Source: the human T2T-CHM13v2.0 reference genome, Homo sapiens
Strand: one strand, 5' to 3'
Assembly (NCBI RefSeq): GCF_009914755.1
Contig: NC_060934.1
Length of the DNA stretch: 64,000 nt
Of the stretch, positions 58,683-64,000 are shown one piece after another. Under the pieces are notes generated by a model. That model was not told the origin of the DNA and searched no databases. It saw nothing but the letters and a program-made list of their open reading frames with translations. The position numbers and the translations under genes are program-made. Every line of letters starts with the position of its first letter. Within the stretch, counting starts at the first letter, position 1.

Positions 58683-61159
58683 AGTAATAAAAAGGAATGT
58701 TACTATATTATCGTGGATGGGTTATAAGAATAAAAAGTTGTTATACTAACTATATTGGACACAATCTTAATGAATTCCTTTCTTTCCTACATTTTCGTCT
58801 TATTAGTCATAAATATTTTGGATGTTAAAAATTGTGAGATATGTAACTACACCCAGCTTTTTTAAGGGCTTGATTAGAAAGGAAAGAAACTTTGATGCCA
58901 TAGAAGAATCTGAAATCAAAGGATTTGTGAAGGTGGACCTTAATTAGCATGATTAATCAAAGGATAAATAAAACAGTATTCAGTTTATTTTTACCATGCA
59001 ATTAGATTACAGAATTCTTAAGAAAATTAAACCTTTCAATAAAAAAGAAGGCAATCCAACCTTAACTGTAAACTTATTTTTAAAATCCTACTCAGAACTG
59101 AGACAAAAAAAGCAATTTATCTGTCAGGTAACACATACTAATAGCTTAATTTAACCTTCAATAAAGTGTAAAAAAAAAACCAGAAAGGTATAATAATAAA
59201 GCACAATTATTCTGGAAGCAACAAGACTTCAATTACATCTTTCTCCAGGAAACTCCAGGCTGAAGTGGGGGCAAAGTTTAAGATGATCTCCTGTTCTCAC
59301 GAATGTCTACATGTAACCCAAGGAGGGAGATATACAACTCCAGTCAGATATAGTCATCTAGTTCCTTATATATGTGGTTGTTCTAGGGTACAAGAATGAT
59401 TTTGAAGACTTTATACAATTATGATTGAAAAAATAAACGTTTTATCTAAATATTAACTCACTCAATGAATAGTTCTGGGGTTCTTACTCCCTGATCTAGG
59501 GAGCCATGATAGTTTATTATTCTTGAAAAGAGTTACTTTTAAAAACTGGTAGATATTTCAACATAAAAGTTTGTTACTAGTATAAATGCACAGAGGCTTT
59601 AAGGAAAGATAAAACCAATGTGACTAGAAGGAAAAGTATATTATGCAGAAATTCTACAGCAAAATAACAGGGAAGAAATAGCAAATATGCAACAGCACTA
59701 ATCGACAATGTCTTTCCATCAATCCCATGGCCTTCTAGCAACCATTTCTTCCCTTGATCCATAGCTCCCAATCCCCGCAGGGCAAGCTGATGGCTTACAA
59801 ATACTTTAAGTCTGGACCTGCCATTATACCATTGAGATTCAGTAAAAATGTTAAAATTATTTCTATTTCACAATGTCACATTTACCAAGAAATAAGTTAC
59901 TGTGAAAATATTTTTGAAATGACTGAAATAGATCTTTAGGCTCCCAGATAATGTTTTTGTAGTAGTCCAACTAAGACTCCCATTATATTTTAAAGAGCTA
60001 AAAGAATTTAGATTCAAACTGAGTAGGAAAAATTTTTTAGAAATCTCAGAGCCAAAATAATAATAATAGGAGTAGGTTACATGCAGAAAATGTAACCTGT
60101 CTACATGCACAGAAACTTGTTTGAACACATCAGCTCCAGATTTTTTTTTCTTGGAATCAATTTGTTGACTTGCTTAGAGAAATAATTAACTCAGGGCCTT
60201 GCTTTGCTTGGGCTATAAAGTTGTGCTTTAATAATGCCTGCATGTTGAAAACTTCTACACACCCAAGTGTTCTTGGTGTATACGTTGCTTCTACTTTTGG
60301 TGATGTTTCAGAAGTTACAAAGCAATCTTCAAGGAAAAAAGTCAAGAGTTTAAGGAACAAATGAGATGGCAAAAAATTGCTCTAAAATTTTCCATATGTA
60401 TTTCTCCTTTATTATCCTTAAAAGTACACACAAACAGTCAAGACCTTTCAAATATCTGCTTTTTTGTACTCATCCTAGCCCTCATAGAACATGCTGTTGT
60501 TTTGACCCTTTCATACACGTCCAGCTCACTGTGATTAACTTACATATTTTCTACTGGTTTTCCTGACATTGGTCGTGAATTCACATCAACCCCACCACAC
60601 TTGACATGATGGTTGAGTGAGAGTCAAAAAGACAATATGTAGTCAAGGGTCCCATCCACAACCTTGGAATCATTAGCTCATGTGTGACAGATCACACTTA
60701 TCCACATGGAGAAATAAAGAGGTAATATCTGCCTGAGCTTTCTCTTTTATAGGAGGTAAACTATTTTAAAACATAGTATTACTCTTTATCACTTTTCTCT
60801 ACTTTGAAATCTCTGAGACATTCTACTGTTTCTGCTGGACAAATAAAATATGCTGCTTCCAAGAACATAGACTAAACACAGATTGTGATCCTTAGCTGTT
60901 TGTTTCTCACCCTATCTTTACATCCCATAGTTTCTCTTTCTTCAATTCATACAATTAACAACAACAACAAAAAACTAAAACACAATACCCAGTAGAAGTT
61001 TACAGTTACTTTTATAGCTTTGTTTCTTTTAAAATGTAATTCTTAGGTCAATGTCCACATTTTTCCATGTACAGTGCAAAGATGCTATCAGACAAGGCAT
61101 TTTGGTACTAATCCCAAGTGTCTCCCACATCCAGTGCAGAGCCACGTTTTTCTTGACCT

Positions 61160-61920
61160 TAAAAATTTTGACTGTTTATGCAAGGGTTTGTTTCTGGGCT
61201 CTCTGCCACATGACATTGTTCTATGTGTCTGTCTTACGGCCAGTAACACACCATTTTGATTACTGTAGCTTCGTAATAAGCTTTAACAGTGCTAGTCCAT
61301 CAACTTTTTTCTTCTTTTTCAAGACTATTGTGGCCATTTGGAGTCCCTTGGGATTCCATATGAAATTTAAGAGGTTTTTTTTTTTTTTTTTTTAATCTCT
61401 AGCATTGGATTTCTGGAATTTCTATTTCTGGAATTTTTCTACTTCTAGAATTTCAACATTATTGATATTTTGATAGTTACTGCATTATATTCACAGATTA
61501 CTTTGGGTCATCTTAACAATAGTAAGTCTTCCAGGCCACAAACATGAAATGCCTTTCCATTCATGTCTTTAATCCCTTTCAGCAATATTTTATAGTTTTT
61601 TGTGTACAATTATTTTGTCTCCTTGGTCAAGTTAATTCTTAAGTATTTTATTGATTTGATGCTATTGTAAATGAAATTGATTTCTAAATTTCCTTTTTGA
61701 ATTGTTCATTGGTCATATATAGAAATGCAGCTGATATGTGTGTTGATTTTGAATTCTGCTACTTTGCTCAGTTTATTTTCTCTAACTTTTTTTTGTGGAA
61801 TCTTTGGGGTTTTGTAAGATTATGTCATCTGTGAATGGAGGTAATTTTACTTTCTTTCCACTTTGGATGTCTTTTTTGTTTCCTTTTCTTTCCTAATTGT
61901 TTTGACTATAACTTCCAGTG

Positions 61921-61955
<35 letters not shown>

Positions 61956-63286
61956 TAGAAAGGTACAAATGGCATCCTTTCCTAGTTCCTAAATTTAGGG
62001 AAAAATATTTAGCCTTCAGTACCACTGAGTATGGTACTAGCTGTGTGTTTTGCACATATGTCCTTCATAACACTAAATAAGTTTCTATACCTAGTTTATT
62101 AAGTGTATTATGGAAGAGTTTAGAATTTTGTCAACTGTTATTTCTGCATCAATTGAAATAATCATATGGTTTTTCCATTTCATTTTGTTAATGTGATGTA
62201 TTACATCAATTGATTTCATATTTGAACCATCCATGCTTTACAACAATAAATCCCACTTGGTCATGATGTGTAATCCTTTTAATATGCTACTGAATTCAGT
62301 TTGCTAGTATTTTGTTAAAATTTTTTGACTCAATATTCATAAGGGGTATGGGACTCCCATAACGCATATGCTGGTCTTCTTGATTATGTTCCACAAGTCC
62401 TTTAGCGTCTGTTCATTTTGCTTCATTCTTTTATTTCTGCTCTTCAGATCTGATCATTTCAATTACTTAATCTTTGAGTTTGTTAATTCTTTATTCTGCC
62501 TTCTCAAATCTGCTTTGAATCTTTGAATTCCTCTAGTCAACTTTTTATTTCTGTTAATGTGATTTTTAGTTCCAGAATTTATGTTTGGTTCCTTTTTATA
62601 ATTTTTATCTTTTTTTACTCATATTCTCATTTTGTTCATACATTAATTTTCTGATTTCCTTTAGTTCTTTGTCCACGTTTTCCTTTAGGTCTTTTGACAT
62701 ATTTAAGAGAGTTGTTTTAAGGTCTTACCTAGTAAATCCAATGCCTAGGATGCCTCAGGGACTGTTTGTGTCAGAATCAACATTTTGCTCTTTTGAATGA
62801 GTCGTATTTTCCCATTTCTTTTCATGTCTTGTCATTTATTGCTGAAAACTGGGCATTTGACCATTATAATGTAGCAACTGTGGGAATTAAGTTATCTTCC
62901 TTCTCCAGGATTTGCTGAGGGGTTTTGTTTTTCTTTTTTGTTTTCTTTGTTTTTGACTGTCAAAGGCTATAGTGATCTTCCTGTTTTGAGCCTTTTCCAG
63001 AAAATTTTTGCAAAGACTGTTAGTTTTAATGTGAAGTGTTTCCTTTAGCTCATGCTAATAGTTTGACAAAGATTTCCTTGCTTGAACATTAGGAGAAAAA
63101 AAAAAAAGAAGGAAGAGAAAAAAAGAAAGAAAATCTCTTTCGGTCTTTGCGGATTGCCTCTCTATCAGGGTACTTCTTCAATACTTAGCTAGGCTTCTCT
63201 GAACCTAGGAATCAACCTGAAGTGAAAGCTTCAATTCTTCTCAGGTCTTTTCTGAGTATGCATGTTACCCTGGGAATGTACATAGC
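61160..63286 (-). mobile_element. Old L1M: ORF2 part joined to an ORF1/5' part
   Basis: ccattttgattactgtagct...gatgctattgtaaatg...aaatcccacttggtcatg...tcagtttgctagtattttgtt; then tctgttcatttt...ctctagt...ttagttccagaattt. Confidence 0.78.
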
Positions 63287-63728
63287 TGTATTAGTCAGGG
63301 TTCTCTAGACGGACAGAACTAATGGAACAGATATATATAAGGGGGAGTTTATTAAGTATTAATTCACATAATCCGAAGGCCCCACAATATGCAATCTGCA
63401 GACTGAGGAGTAAGGAGAACCAGTCCGAGTTTCAAAACTGAAGAACTTAGAGTCTGCTGTTCCAGGGCAGGAAGCATCCAGTACACGAGAAACATGTAGG
63501 CTGGGAGGCTAAGCCAGTCTCTCTTTTCACATTTTTCTGCCTGCTTATATTCTAGCCATGCTGGCAGCAGATTAGACTGTGCACACCCAGATTAAGGATG
63601 GGTCTGCCCTTCCCAGCTCACTGACTCAAATGTTAATATCCTTTGGCAACACCCTCATAGACACACCCAGGATTAATACTTTGTATCCTTCAATCCAGTC
63701 AAGTTGACACTCAGTATTAACCATCACA
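63287..63728 (-). mobile_element. MLT2A1-like 3' LTR of a HERV-L provirus
   Basis: 442 bp, tgtattagtcagggttctctaga...cagtattaaccatcaca; abuts internal sequence. Confidence 0.93.
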
Positions 63729-64000
63729 AGACCACCCCTTGTCAACTTGAACCCATACACATCTCCTGACATCATCATAATCTTCAAATAAAGACAATAA
63801 TAAAGTCATAATTATACCTAACATAATACAGCTATCCTTCATATGACCAGAAACGCACCAATCCCCAACCCAAATACTATTACATAAAGTTAACAATACT
63901 TAAATGCTGATATGAAGTCAATAAATCGTATTCCACATCATAAAGAAGGAAATAAAAGGAAGATATTTTCTTAGTACAAGTGTATACATGCACAAAAACA
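63729..64000 (-). mobile_element. HERV-L internal sequence, 3' end (continues beyond window)
   Basis: ccaccccttgtcaacttgaaccc next to the LTR is the antisense of the ERVL polypurine-tract region (caagttgacaaggggtgg). Confidence 0.85.

Noticed and set aside
61408-61456. Repeated atttctggaattt units beside a T-run
   Set aside because: Low-complexity slippage within an old L1.

Overview
This is AT-rich, CpG-poor primate DNA (hominoid-like, since it carries AluY and an L1PA3-type 3' UTR) that reads as intergenic or deep-intronic. A large part of it is interspersed repeat: about 19 Alu pieces, L1s from L1PA3 to L1M, MaLR/ERVL/ERV1 LTRs, the 3' end of a HERV-L provirus at the right edge, MIR, L2 and hAT MITEs. 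I find no supportable cellular protein-coding exon, tRNA/rRNA gene, CRISPR array or new multi-gene system. The long ORFs are broken L1 ORF2 pieces or chance frames over repeats. The best observations are retrotransposition and repair structures: an L1-Alu chimera inside one target-site duplication (37892-39524), a twin-primed inverted L1PA3 (25475-29249), a locally triplicated THE1 3' end with its flank (45351-46378), a candidate 22-bp L1 3' transduction, a tail-less Alu with its TSD preserved, and several fold-back hairpins. There are also candidate regulatory sites (CTCF motifs, a MEIS-motif cluster, a MER41B GAS site). Subfamily names come from recalled consensus sequences and need RepeatMasker/Dfam confirmation; boundaries of old elements are approximate.
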